This document shows positions 46,608 to 54,416 of a DNA stretch of 64,000 nt, one piece after another. Origin of the DNA: Pseudomonadota bacterium (GTDB lineage: Bacteria; Pseudomonadota; Gammaproteobacteria; Burkholderiales; Burkholderiaceae_C). The stretch is taken from positions 14,195 to 78,194 of the forward strand of contig JAZJYR010000024.1 of NCBI GenBank assembly GCA_040390295.1, written 5' to 3'. Position numbers and translations under genes: made by a program. The notes below the pieces were generated by a model. It saw only the letters and a list, made by a program, of their open reading frames with translations. It did not search any database and had not been told where the DNA came from. Numbering within the stretch: the stretch's first letter is position 1; each line of letters opens with the position of its first letter.

Positions 46608-47395
46608 GTGGCCGCTAGGCTGTACGGTAAACAGCCTTTAAATCCAGGGAGTATCAGCTTGGCAAAGCCAGATCATGTCTTCATATCCTACGCGACGGAG
46701 GATGAGGCGTATGCCACCGAGTTAGCCCGGTCGCTGCAGTGGCTAGGATTGTCGGTTTGGTTTGCGCCTATTGCGTTGGAGATTGGTGGCAAGCTGCTGG
46801 ATTCAATCAACGCAGGTCTTATAGCCTCGCAGTACGGTCTGTTGCTCCTCTCCCCGATTTACGTCTCAAAGAAGTGGACGACCTACGAGCTTGATGTGCT
46901 GCACCGCCAGCACATCGAGGAGAAAAAAAAGCTGCTGCCTATCTGGCATGGCATAAGGCACAGTTGGACAAATGGAATCCTGGTCTGTCAGGGATTGTTG
47001 CGTTGCGGAGCACGGATGAGCCGAGCGCCATCGCCAAGAAGATTGCCAACGTGGTCTACCAAGGGTGCCCGGTGGTGGGTGTCGGTCCGTCTTACGAAAA
47101 CCCTCAATGGCGATTTCTTCAGGGACGTGGTGAGCTCTATGCGAACAGTCGCAACGGTAGCGCGTTTAACCTCTTTGAGGGAGCCCGGTTTCCTGATGAT
47201 GCCTACCCGATTTACATCCACGAACGTCCGCATACCCGCAGAGACATTGTTATAGCGGTGGCCAAGGCCTTGTATTACCGCAGTTACGACGAGCTGAGTC
47301 TTTCGGATGACAACCGCAAGCAGATGAAGGCTATCTGCAAGCATCACGGCTTTGATCTCGACTCACCGGACTTTGACCCTGCGGTCTACAACTAA
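46608..47395 (+). pseudogene. TIR-domain protein with unknown C-terminal domain, frameshifted
   Basis: HVFISYATEDEAYATELARSLQWLGLSVWFAP...LLLLSPIYVSKKWTTYELD...LLPIWHG is a TIR fold. The protein continues as KAQLDKWNPGLSGIVALRS... only in another frame, from ~46950. Confidence 0.65.
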
Positions 47396-47443
47396 CTTCT
47401 GAAATGAAAGCAGCTGCCGCAAAGTTGTTTCGCTTAAATGTAT

Positions 47444-48190
47444 GGGGCTTAGGAAGCAAAGTTCACAATCAAGTGAGCTAAGTTCCTATGGTGATTCAGA
47501 AAAACCGGTATTTCAGGCGTTCCAAACTCAGTGAAGCGAAATTGCGTCAGATCCTGCGTTACTTTGCGATGGATTTGACCGCTACAGACTGCGCGGAGTT
47601 AAGCGCTGTCTCGGTGCGCTCCATCAACACGATCTACCTTCGCCTGAGAAGGCGCCTGGCCGAGCAGTGCGAGAAGGTCTCACCCCTGGGCGGGGAACTG
47701 GAAGCCGATGAGTCCTACTTTGGTCCTCGCCGCGTGCGTGGACTGCGTGGCCGGGGCGCTGGTCGAAAGACGGTTGTGTTTGGGCTACTCAAGCGAGGTG
47801 ACAGTGTCTACACCGAGATCGTGCCTGACGCCACCAAACGTACGCTGCAGGCCATCATTCGAGGCAAGGCTGACATTGCCAGCATCATCCACACGGATCG
47901 CTGGCGTGGCTACGATGGCCTGGTGGATGTGGGCTTTGACAAGCACTTGCGGGTTAATCATGGAAACAATGAATTTGCCCGTGGCTCCGTTCACGTCAAC
48001 GGCATTGAGAGTTTCTGGAGCTATGCCAAGCGCAGGCTGGTGCAGTTCAATGGCGTGCCCAGGCACACCTTCTACCTGCACCTGAAAGAAACCGAGTTCA
48101 GGTTCAACCACCGTCACTCCATCCTCTACAAAGCACTGCTATCCTTACTTCGAAACAATCCCCTTTAACGGACTTTGCTTCCTAAGCCCC
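47444..48190 (+). mobile_element. IS1595-family insertion sequence with a 7-bp target duplication
   Basis: IRs GGGGCTTAGGAAGCAAAGT and ACTTTGCTTCCTAAGCCCC. AATGTAT lies at 47437-47443 and at 48191-48197. Confidence 0.8.
47488..48168 (+). CDS. IS1595-family (ISXO2-like) transposase
   Basis: ELEADESYFG...VVFGLLKRGDSVYTEIVPD...IHTDRWRGYDGL...VNHGNNEFARG...NGIESFWSYAKRRL. Confidence 0.85.
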   Translation: MVIQKNRYFRRSKLSEAKLRQILRYFAMDLTATDCAELSAVSVRSINTIYLRLRRRLAEQCEKVSPLGGELEADESYFGPRRVRGLRGRGAGRKTVVFGLLKRGDSVYTEIVPDATKRTLQAIIRGKADIASIIHTDRWRGYDGLVDVGFDKHLRVNHGNNEFARGSVHVNGIESFWSYAKRRLVQFNGVPRHTFYLHLKETEFRFNHRHSILYKALLSLLRNNPL

Positions 48191-48233
48191 AATGTATATA
48201 TTGGTGCATCACATCAAAATATGAAGTCATCAA

Positions 48234-48380
48234 ATGAGAGTTGCCGCACTGAGTGTTGAGAACTTTCGCGGCATAAGCACTGGCTTTGTACGATTCGGAA
48301 AGCATCCAGTTCTTGTGGGACACAACAACGCCGGCAAGACGACGCTGATTGAAGCACTTGCCCTTATTCTAGGCGAGTAA
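48234..48380 (+). pseudogene. 48-codon N-terminal stub of an OLD/AAA_15-type ATPase
   Basis: MRVAALSVENFRGISTGFVRFGKHPVLVGHNNAGKTTLIEALALILGE then a stop. The Walker A is present, and the rest of the ATPase is absent in all frames. Confidence 0.6.
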
Positions 48381-48426
48381 GTTCAGTTCGGAAGACCGAG
48401 TTTGGGACCGCGACTAAACTGGGAAG

Positions 48427-49036
48427 ATGGCCACCGCTCTCGTCCTCGCCAAGACCTTCAAGTCCTTTGCGGATTTGGCGGGGGCTTACACGGAAGGCGT
48501 TGACTACTGCATCAAGAGGCATGCCGGCCTCCACCCGAGCATCGCAGTGGTAGCGCCGCACGGCGGTACCATCGAACCGCCGACTTCGCAGATTGCTTCG
48601 GACATCGCCGGTCAGGAATTTTCCTGCTACCTGTTCGAGGGTATTCGGAAGTCTAATAACTACAAGACACTTCATCTCACCAGCGAGTACTTTGACGAGC
48701 GAAAGTGCCTTGAGCTGATAGCTGATAGCTGATTGCGACCAAGTCGTCACTGTTCATGGCTGCACGGAGGGCGAGGTGGAAGTTCTGCTCGGTGGCCGCG
48801 ATACAGCACTTGCGGTGCTTATTGCTGAAGCCTTCGAATCGGAGGGCGTCCGGGCCAGGCTGGAGGGGCACGACTTCACCGGCACCGCCTCCACCAACAT
48901 CTGCAACCAGGGCAAGAGCAAGGCCGGTGTGCAGCTGGAACTGACGAAGGCATTGCGCGCATCGCCAGATGCCGTGGCCGGCGTCGTGCGAGCGGTTCGT
49001 AGGGTTCTCATGCAGGCAGCCGGCATCACAGCATGA
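48427..49036 (+). pseudogene. poly-gamma-glutamate hydrolase / DUF867 (YjqB-like) family gene, frameshifted by a 7-bp repeat expansion
   Basis: SIAVVAPHGGTIEPPTSQIA...LHLTSEYFDE, then a stop, then VVTVHGCTEGEVEVLLGGRD...GTASTNICNQGKSKAGVQLEL in another frame. GCTGATA GCTGATA GCTGATT lies at 48714-48734. Confidence 0.65.
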
Positions 49037-49041
49037 TGCGC

Positions 49042-49443
49042 TCAATGCCCAATCAAACGGCTGACAGCTTTCGACATAGCGCTCAGGAAGGTCACGTCGT
49101 CGCCATCCAGGTCAGCCTCAACAAAGTGCTTCCAGATGGCAATGGCCGAGCAGACCAGTAGGATGGCGACACCGGCCCACTGACAGGGCGAGATGAAGCG
49201 GTGCCACATGACCTGGTCCAGCAAGTTTGCAAAGACCGCCGCGGCTGGGCCCTTCAGGGCGGCCTTACGGTCCGCGATCCAGGCTAGCATGCAAGCCGGC
49301 AAGGCGGCGTAGAAAACGGTGAACCCAATCACGCCGGTCCAGAGGGCACCGACGGGGCCGAAACTCGCGGCGATGTGTGCGGTGTCGTCCACCGCTGAGG
49401 AAAGGCTGTCGCGCCGGCCTCGGCGGTAGTTGTGCCTGCTCAA
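49042..49443 (-). CDS. small membrane protein (two or three TM)
   Basis: Basic N-terminus, then GALWTGVIGFTVFYAALPACMLAWI and WAGVAILLVCSAIAIW. It has a TTG start in a TTGA overlap with the upstream gene. It may be only the membrane anchor of a longer protein. Confidence 0.45.
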   Translation of the reverse strand: MSRHNYRRGRRDSLSSAVDDTAHIAASFGPVGALWTGVIGFTVFYAALPACMLAWIADRKAALKGPAAAVFANLLDQVMWHRFISPCQWAGVAILLVCSAIAIWKHFVEADLDGDDVTFLSAMSKAVSRLIGH

Positions 49444-50294
49444 GTGACCTCCCGCGCGGGGTCGACCGACCGCCTCTCGGCTTTAACGAAGGCCGTCTTC
49501 AGACCTTGGTAAGGCGCAGGTGCTGCGCCAGTGCGATGGCGCAAGCTCTTCAGCTGCACGTCCAGGGCGGCAAAGACCAGGCCGCCGTGGAGCGGACGCA
49601 TCACCTCGGCCAAGGCAAGCACCGCTGCCAGCGCGCCAACGAACGGAGTGGCAACGGCGCGCGATGCCAGCAGTGTCATCCCGCAGGTGTCGTTGCGCTC
49701 GTCAGCCAGCTTCCTGTAAGTGTCATTTAGCTCGGTGGCTGCCTGGGCGGTAGATTCGGCCGTCCAGATTTGGGACGGCTTGCGCGGGCCCGGGAACGTG
49801 TGCATGCGGATGTTTCGGAAGTCGCGATACCCGCTGCCCAACCCTGCCTCGACGACCAGCGAGAACCCGGCCGTATCGAGGTCGCGGCGCGCGGCAACGT
49901 TGTCGACGCCGAAGATCGCAGTAATCGGCTCGTCGGCCATGACTCGGTGTTTAGGGCCGAATCTGCGCTCGACCAGCGCGGTAGTGAAGCCAGCGGCCTC
50001 GAGGCGGCTCGCCACCGCCCTGACCTTCGGCTTGAGCAGGTCGGCCGACCATAGCAGCAAGCAGGTGCTGAGATTGGACTTGGCCACCTTGTCGAAGTCC
50101 TGGAGCACCAGGTGCGGGCGATTGTGGGTTGGGTAGGGCAGCATGCCCAGCGTCCACGCATATGCTTGGCCGAGATGGCCCAGGCCGACCAGCCACAGAG
50201 ACTTCGGCAAGTAAGCGAGCTCGGGGCCCGTATGCGCGTCGTCGCGCCAGTCGGCGACGGCTCGATTTCCGAATAATTGGCGAATTTGAGGCAA
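49440..50294 (-). CDS. ThiF/E1-like adenylyltransferase-fold protein, possibly 5' truncated
   Basis: LWLVGLGHLGQAYAWTL (GxGxxG), LQDFDKVAKSNLSTC (DxD...SNL) and GVDNVAARR match the ThiF/MoeB/E1 Rossmann pattern. The ORF starts with TTG immediately after an in-frame TAA. Confidence 0.55.
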   Translation of the reverse strand: MPQIRQLFGNRAVADWRDDAHTGPELAYLPKSLWLVGLGHLGQAYAWTLGMLPYPTHNRPHLVLQDFDKVAKSNLSTCLLLWSADLLKPKVRAVASRLEAAGFTTALVERRFGPKHRVMADEPITAIFGVDNVAARRDLDTAGFSLVVEAGLGSGYRDFRNIRMHTFPGPRKPSQIWTAESTAQAATELNDTYRKLADERNDTCGMTLLASRAVATPFVGALAAVLALAEVMRPLHGGLVFAALDVQLKSLRHRTGAAPAPYQGLKTAFVKAERRSVDPAREVT

Positions 50295-50352
50295 TTAACC
50301 AGAAAGAAAACCCCTGCTTTTTCCCTACATTGGTTCTGTGTACGGAGAAGTC

Positions 50353-50580
50353 ATGACGTTACTAATCTTGCCTCGAATAATTCGCCATCGCGATGCGCCT
50401 ACCTATCTAGGTATGGACCGCAACCGGTTTGATGATGAAGTTCGCCCTTTTCTCACCGAAATACCCGTGGGCGATCGAGGTGTTGGGTTTGACCGACTTG
50501 AACTGGATGCCTGGGTTGAGGGGTATATTGCTGAGCGTGGGCTTCCGGGGCGTAACCATAAAGGAGTGAATGAATGCAAA
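50353..50580 (+). CDS. AlpA/Xis-like HTH protein (C-terminus uncertain)
   Basis: ILPRIIRHRDAPTYLGMDRNRFDDEVRPFLTEIPVGDRGVGFDRLELDAWVEGY follows the AlpA/excisionase pattern. The frame stays open to 50793, overlapping the integrase gene. Confidence 0.5.
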
Positions 50581-51698
50581 CCCGGACAAAAGGCATCCGC
50601 ATCGTTGGGAACGACCGGATTATCGACAAGCAGCACAAGGGAGAGCGAATCTTCCAGCGGCTTAAAAATGTTAGCCAAGACGAAGCCGAGACGTGGCTTC
50701 GAGACCGGCAGGCAAAAATCGATGCCGAGCAGCAGCGCCAACTTCGAAGAGGCTCTGAGCGTCTGTTCGCAGATGGCGCTAAAAAGTACCTGATCGAGTG
50801 CCAGGCCAAGGGCGTCCGCAGCCTTGACCTGATTGCTTACCACGTCAAGATCGTGCTGCCCTACATCGGCAGCATGGCCATGACCGATGTCTGCAATGAC
50901 TCGCTGGAGACCTTTGTCGCTTGTCGTATTGAGGAAGATGGCGTCAAGAACGCAACGGTAAATCGCAGCCTTGAAGTGGTGCGCACAGTGATGAACCGGG
51001 CAGCCAGGGTCTGGCGTGACAGCGGCAAGCCGTGGCTACCCAGCTCACCATTGATCGAAATGCTCGACGAGACGCAGCAAAAGCGCCAGCCCTACCCCAT
51101 CACCTGGGCGCAGCAGGCCGTGTTGATGCCAGCGCTACCGGAGCACCTGCAAAAGCCGGTGTTGTTTGCACTGAACACCGGTGCCAGGGATGACAACATC
51201 TGTGGGCTGCGGTGGGAATGGGAAGTGAAGGTGCCAGAGCTGGGCCGGAGCGTCTTCGTGGTGCCGGCTGCAGAGTTCAAGGGAAAGCGCGTCCACGTGC
51301 TTATCCTGAACGACGTGGCTTGGGATATCGTGGAGGCTTGTCGCGGGCGGCATAAAAAGTACGTGTTTGTCTATCGACGCGAGCGGGAGAAGAACTTTGA
51401 CCGAGAACCGGCCATGGCCTTTCACCGTATCGGGACGATGAACAACACGGGTTACCAGGCCGCTCGGGCGTCGGTGGGGTTGCAAAAGGTCCGGATCCAC
51501 GACCTGCGCCACACCTTCGCCCAACGGCTACGGGATGCCGGCGTGAGTGATGAAGACCGGGCGCTGCTCTTGGGGCACGCCATTGAGGGAATGCCGCAAC
51601 ACTATGCCTCGGCGACGGTCGCCAGGCTCGTGGAAACGGCCAACAAGGCGCAATTTACGGTGGACCGGACCACCTTGCTCCGTGTTGTGAACGGCTAG
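50574..51698 (+). CDS. int: tyrosine-type site-specific integrase
   Basis: LNTGARDDNICGLRW (Arg), HDLRHTFAQRLR (HxxR), LLGHA...MPQHY (His...Tyr). An AAGGAG RBS is present. The gene lies next to the tRNA target. Confidence 0.9.
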   Translation: MQTRTKGIRIVGNDRIIDKQHKGERIFQRLKNVSQDEAETWLRDRQAKIDAEQQRQLRRGSERLFADGAKKYLIECQAKGVRSLDLIAYHVKIVLPYIGSMAMTDVCNDSLETFVACRIEEDGVKNATVNRSLEVVRTVMNRAARVWRDSGKPWLPSSPLIEMLDETQQKRQPYPITWAQQAVLMPALPEHLQKPVLFALNTGARDDNICGLRWEWEVKVPELGRSVFVVPAAEFKGKRVHVLILNDVAWDIVEACRGRHKKYVFVYRREREKNFDREPAMAFHRIGTMNNTGYQAARASVGLQKVRIHDLRHTFAQRLRDAGVSDEDRALLLGHAIEGMPQHYASATVARLVETANKAQFTVDRTTLLRVVNG

Positions 51699-51728
51699 AA
51701 GGGGTGAAAGTTACGCACAGAGTCACGC

Positions 51729-51768
51729 AAAAAACAATGCCCTAGGTAGTTGAGATACCTAAGGCATT
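51729..51768 (-). terminator. rho-independent terminator for the reconstituted tRNA-Arg, supplied by the island end
   Basis: 13-bp stem AATGCCCTAGGTA/TACCTAAGGCATT (one mismatch). A T6 run follows on the minus strand. Confidence 0.55.
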
Positions 51769-51785
51769 GATCTGTAAGCAGATTT

Positions 51786-51862
51786 TGGTGCGGCTGGCAG
51801 GAATTGAACCCACGACCCCTTGGTTCGTAGCCAAGTACTCTATCCAACTGAGCTACAGCCGC
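51786..51862 (-). tRNA. tRNA-Arg (anticodon ACG), 77 nt with encoded CCA
   Basis: The reverse complement reads GCGGCTGTAGCTCAGTTGGATAGAGTACTTGGCTACGAACCAAGGGGTCGTGGGTTCAATTCCTGCCAGCCGCACCA. It folds as a cloverleaf with anticodon loop CT-ACG-AA. Confidence 0.9.
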
Positions 51863-51992
51863 CAAGCCTCAGATTATAGCCTACACAAACCCCATTCCGG
51901 CTTTAGCTGCCTTAAAAACCAAAAAGTACGTAGCGGGCAGCCGATCTGGAGCAGGGTGAAACTTTTTCCATTTGGTATTGTGAGATATAGTA

Positions 51993-53171
51993 GTGTTCAA
52001 TACTAATTCAGCCAAAACAGGAACTTTCCCAATGCCCGGTCCGCTTCAAGGCGTCAAGGTCATAGAGATGGCGGGCGTCGGGCCCGGGCCTTTCTGCGCC
52101 ATGATGCTGGCCGATGCTGGTGCGGATGTCATCACCATCGGGCGGCCCCATGCCAAAACGCTGGGCAACAAGCGCGATCCGGCAACCGATGCACTGGCGC
52201 GCGGCAGACGCCACCTGACCCTGGACCTCAAAAATCCTGATGCGATCACAACGCTGTTGCGAATTCTCGAAGGTGCACACGTCCTGATCGAAGGCTATCG
52301 TCCGGGCGTCATGGAGCGTCTGGGGCTGGGACCGGACGTTTGCCTTGAACGCAATCCCCGGCTGGTTTACGGCCGCATGACGGGCTGGGGACAGACGGGT
52401 CCGCTCGCGCAAGCAGCAGGCCATGACATCAACTACATCTCATTGGCTGGTGCACTTCATGCCATCGGCGATACCGATCAACCGCAGCCGCCCCTCAATC
52501 TGGTCGGCGATTTTGGCGGCGGTGCCATGATGCTGGCCTTCGGCATTTCAAGTGCACTCTATGAAAGCCAGCGCTCTGGCAAGGGGCAGGTCATTGATGC
52601 CGCCATGAGCGATGGCGCTGCCATGCTGATGGCGCCCTTTTTCGCCATGCATGCAAGCGGCTCCTGGAAGGATGAACGCCAGTCCAATACGCTGGATGGC
52701 GCAGCGCCACACTACGGAAGTTACCGCTGCAGCGATGGAAAATTCATTTCAATTGCCCCCCTTGAGCCGCAGTTCTACGAACTTTTCCTCAAGCTCATGG
52801 ACCTCGACACCGGTCTGTTCAGGCAGCGTGATGATCGCCAGGCGTGGCCGCTGATGAAGAAGCAACTGGCCGAGCGCTTTGCAAGCCGCAGCCGGGATGA
52901 ATGGTGCGCCTTGCTTGAAGGCACCGATGTCTGCTTCGCACCCGTCCTCGGTCTGGCAGAAGCACCCCTGCACCCGCACAACCAGGCACGCGGAACATTC
53001 GCAGAGGTGGCCGGCAGCTGGCAGCCAGCGCCGGTGCCGCGTTTCAGCCGTACCACCAGTGAATTGCCGGCTGCACCACGTACTGACACTGCGGCAGAAG
53101 TACTCACCGAAGCAGGCCTGGCCCCACAGGACATTCAGGCCTTGCGTGACAGCGGCGCTGTACATTTTTAA
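51993..53171 (+). CDS. family III CoA-transferase (CaiB/BaiF), alpha-methylacyl-CoA racemase-like
   Basis: GPLQGVKVIEMAGVGPGPFCAMMLADAGADVITIGRP...GYRPGVMERLGLGP. The likely start is MPGPL at 52032. Confidence 0.8.
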   Translation: MFNTNSAKTGTFPMPGPLQGVKVIEMAGVGPGPFCAMMLADAGADVITIGRPHAKTLGNKRDPATDALARGRRHLTLDLKNPDAITTLLRILEGAHVLIEGYRPGVMERLGLGPDVCLERNPRLVYGRMTGWGQTGPLAQAAGHDINYISLAGALHAIGDTDQPQPPLNLVGDFGGGAMMLAFGISSALYESQRSGKGQVIDAAMSDGAAMLMAPFFAMHASGSWKDERQSNTLDGAAPHYGSYRCSDGKFISIAPLEPQFYELFLKLMDLDTGLFRQRDDRQAWPLMKKQLAERFASRSRDEWCALLEGTDVCFAPVLGLAEAPLHPHNQARGTFAEVAGSWQPAPVPRFSRTTSELPAAPRTDTAAEVLTEAGLAPQDIQALRDSGAVHF

Positions 53172-53192
53172 TACCGGATAAAGAAACAAAAC

Positions 53193-54350
53193 ATGCTCAA
53201 ACGTGAACTGTTCAATGAGGACCACGACGCCTTCCGCAGCATGGTCAGGCGTTTCATCGAAAAAGAGATTGCTCCCCACCACGCCAGCTGGGAAGAGGCT
53301 GGTATCGTCCCGCGTGATCTGTGGCTTAAAGCTGGTGCGGCTGGCATGCTCTGCTGCACCGTGCCCGAGCAATATGGCGGCGCAGGTGCCGATTACCTGT
53401 TCGACGTGGTGGTGTTCGAAGAGATGGCGCGCTCCGGTTTCAGTGGCCCCGGCTTCATGATCCACTGCGACCTGGTGGCCACCTATATTTCTGCGTTCGG
53501 CACCGACGCGCAAAAGCAGCAGTGGCTGCCCAAAATGGTGATGGGCGAAGCGATTGGCTCCCTGGGCATGACAGAGCCCCATGCCGGCTCCGACCTCAAG
53601 GCCATCCGCACCAAAGCTGTCCGCGACGGTGACGATTTTGTAATCTCGGGCCAGAAGGTTTTCATATCCAACGGCCAGCTGTGTGATGTCATCGTGCTGG
53701 CGACCAAGACCGATATTGCCGGCGGTGCCAAGGGCGTGACACTTTTTCTGGTGGACACCAGCCTGCCCGGCTTTCGCCGCGGCAAGAACCTCAGCAAGCT
53801 GGGCATGAAAGCACAAGACACGTCAGAGCTGTTTTTTGACGAGGTGCGCGTGCCGGCTTCAGCCATGCTGGGCGAAGAGGGAAAAGGCTTCGAGCTGATG
53901 ATGACCAAACTCGCCCAGGAGCGGCTCGCGCAAGCCATACGCTCGGCGACAGTGGCAGAGACCGCCATCGAATGGACGGTGGATTACACATCGCAGCGCA
54001 AGGCATTCGGCAAGACGATTGCCGACTTCCAGAACACCCAGTTCAAGCTGGCCGAGCTCAAGACGGAAGCCGTCGTGGGGCGGCAATTTGTGGACCGCTG
54101 CATTGCTGCATTCATCAAAGGCGAACTCGACCCGATAGACGCAGCCATGGCGAAGATGTGGGTCACCAACATGCACTGCAAGGTGGTTGACGAGTGCCTG
54201 CAACTCTTCGGCGGCTGGGGCTATATGTGGGAATACCCGATTGCACGCGCCTATGCAGATGCGCGCATCGTCAAGATTGCCGGGGGCTCCATAGAGGTGA
54301 TGAAACACATCATTGGCCGCCAGATGTTTGCACATTTAAAACAAGCCTGA
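53193..54350 (+). CDS. acyl-CoA dehydrogenase
   Basis: GMTEPHAGSDL...KVFISNG...QLFGGWGYMWEYPIARAYADARIVKIAGGSIEVMK. Confidence 0.9.
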   Translation: MLKRELFNEDHDAFRSMVRRFIEKEIAPHHASWEEAGIVPRDLWLKAGAAGMLCCTVPEQYGGAGADYLFDVVVFEEMARSGFSGPGFMIHCDLVATYISAFGTDAQKQQWLPKMVMGEAIGSLGMTEPHAGSDLKAIRTKAVRDGDDFVISGQKVFISNGQLCDVIVLATKTDIAGGAKGVTLFLVDTSLPGFRRGKNLSKLGMKAQDTSELFFDEVRVPASAMLGEEGKGFELMMTKLAQERLAQAIRSATVAETAIEWTVDYTSQRKAFGKTIADFQNTQFKLAELKTEAVVGRQFVDRCIAAFIKGELDPIDAAMAKMWVTNMHCKVVDECLQLFGGWGYMWEYPIARAYADARIVKIAGGSIEVMKHIIGRQMFAHLKQA

Positions 54351-54373
54351 GCATCCTGAATCGTCCATAAAAA

Positions 54374-54391
54374 AGGCCCCGTTGAGGGCCT
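54374..54391. terminator. bidirectional hairpin between convergent genes
   Basis: AGGCCC-cgttga-GGGCCT, flanked by an A-run and a T-rich stretch. Confidence 0.45.
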
Positions 54392-54416
54392 CTTTCATGA
54401 CTCGACAGCTTTAGCC

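Noticed and set aside
44672-50294. The ParM-like and ThiF-like genes were considered together as a PRTRC (ParB-related, ThiF-related) cassette.
   Set aside because: The two genes are 4 kb apart on opposite strands and separated by unrelated pseudogenes and an IS. No ParB or other PRTRC components are visible.
52749-53816. Very long ORFs lie antisense to recognisable genes. Examples are 52749-53816 (-), 61124-62194 (+), 42652-43638 (+), 22137-22817 (-) and 10012-10656 (-).
   Set aside because: Their translations are Arg/Gly/His/Ala-rich low complexity with no motifs. The opposite strand carries clear domain signatures. These are typical shadow ORFs of GC-rich DNA.
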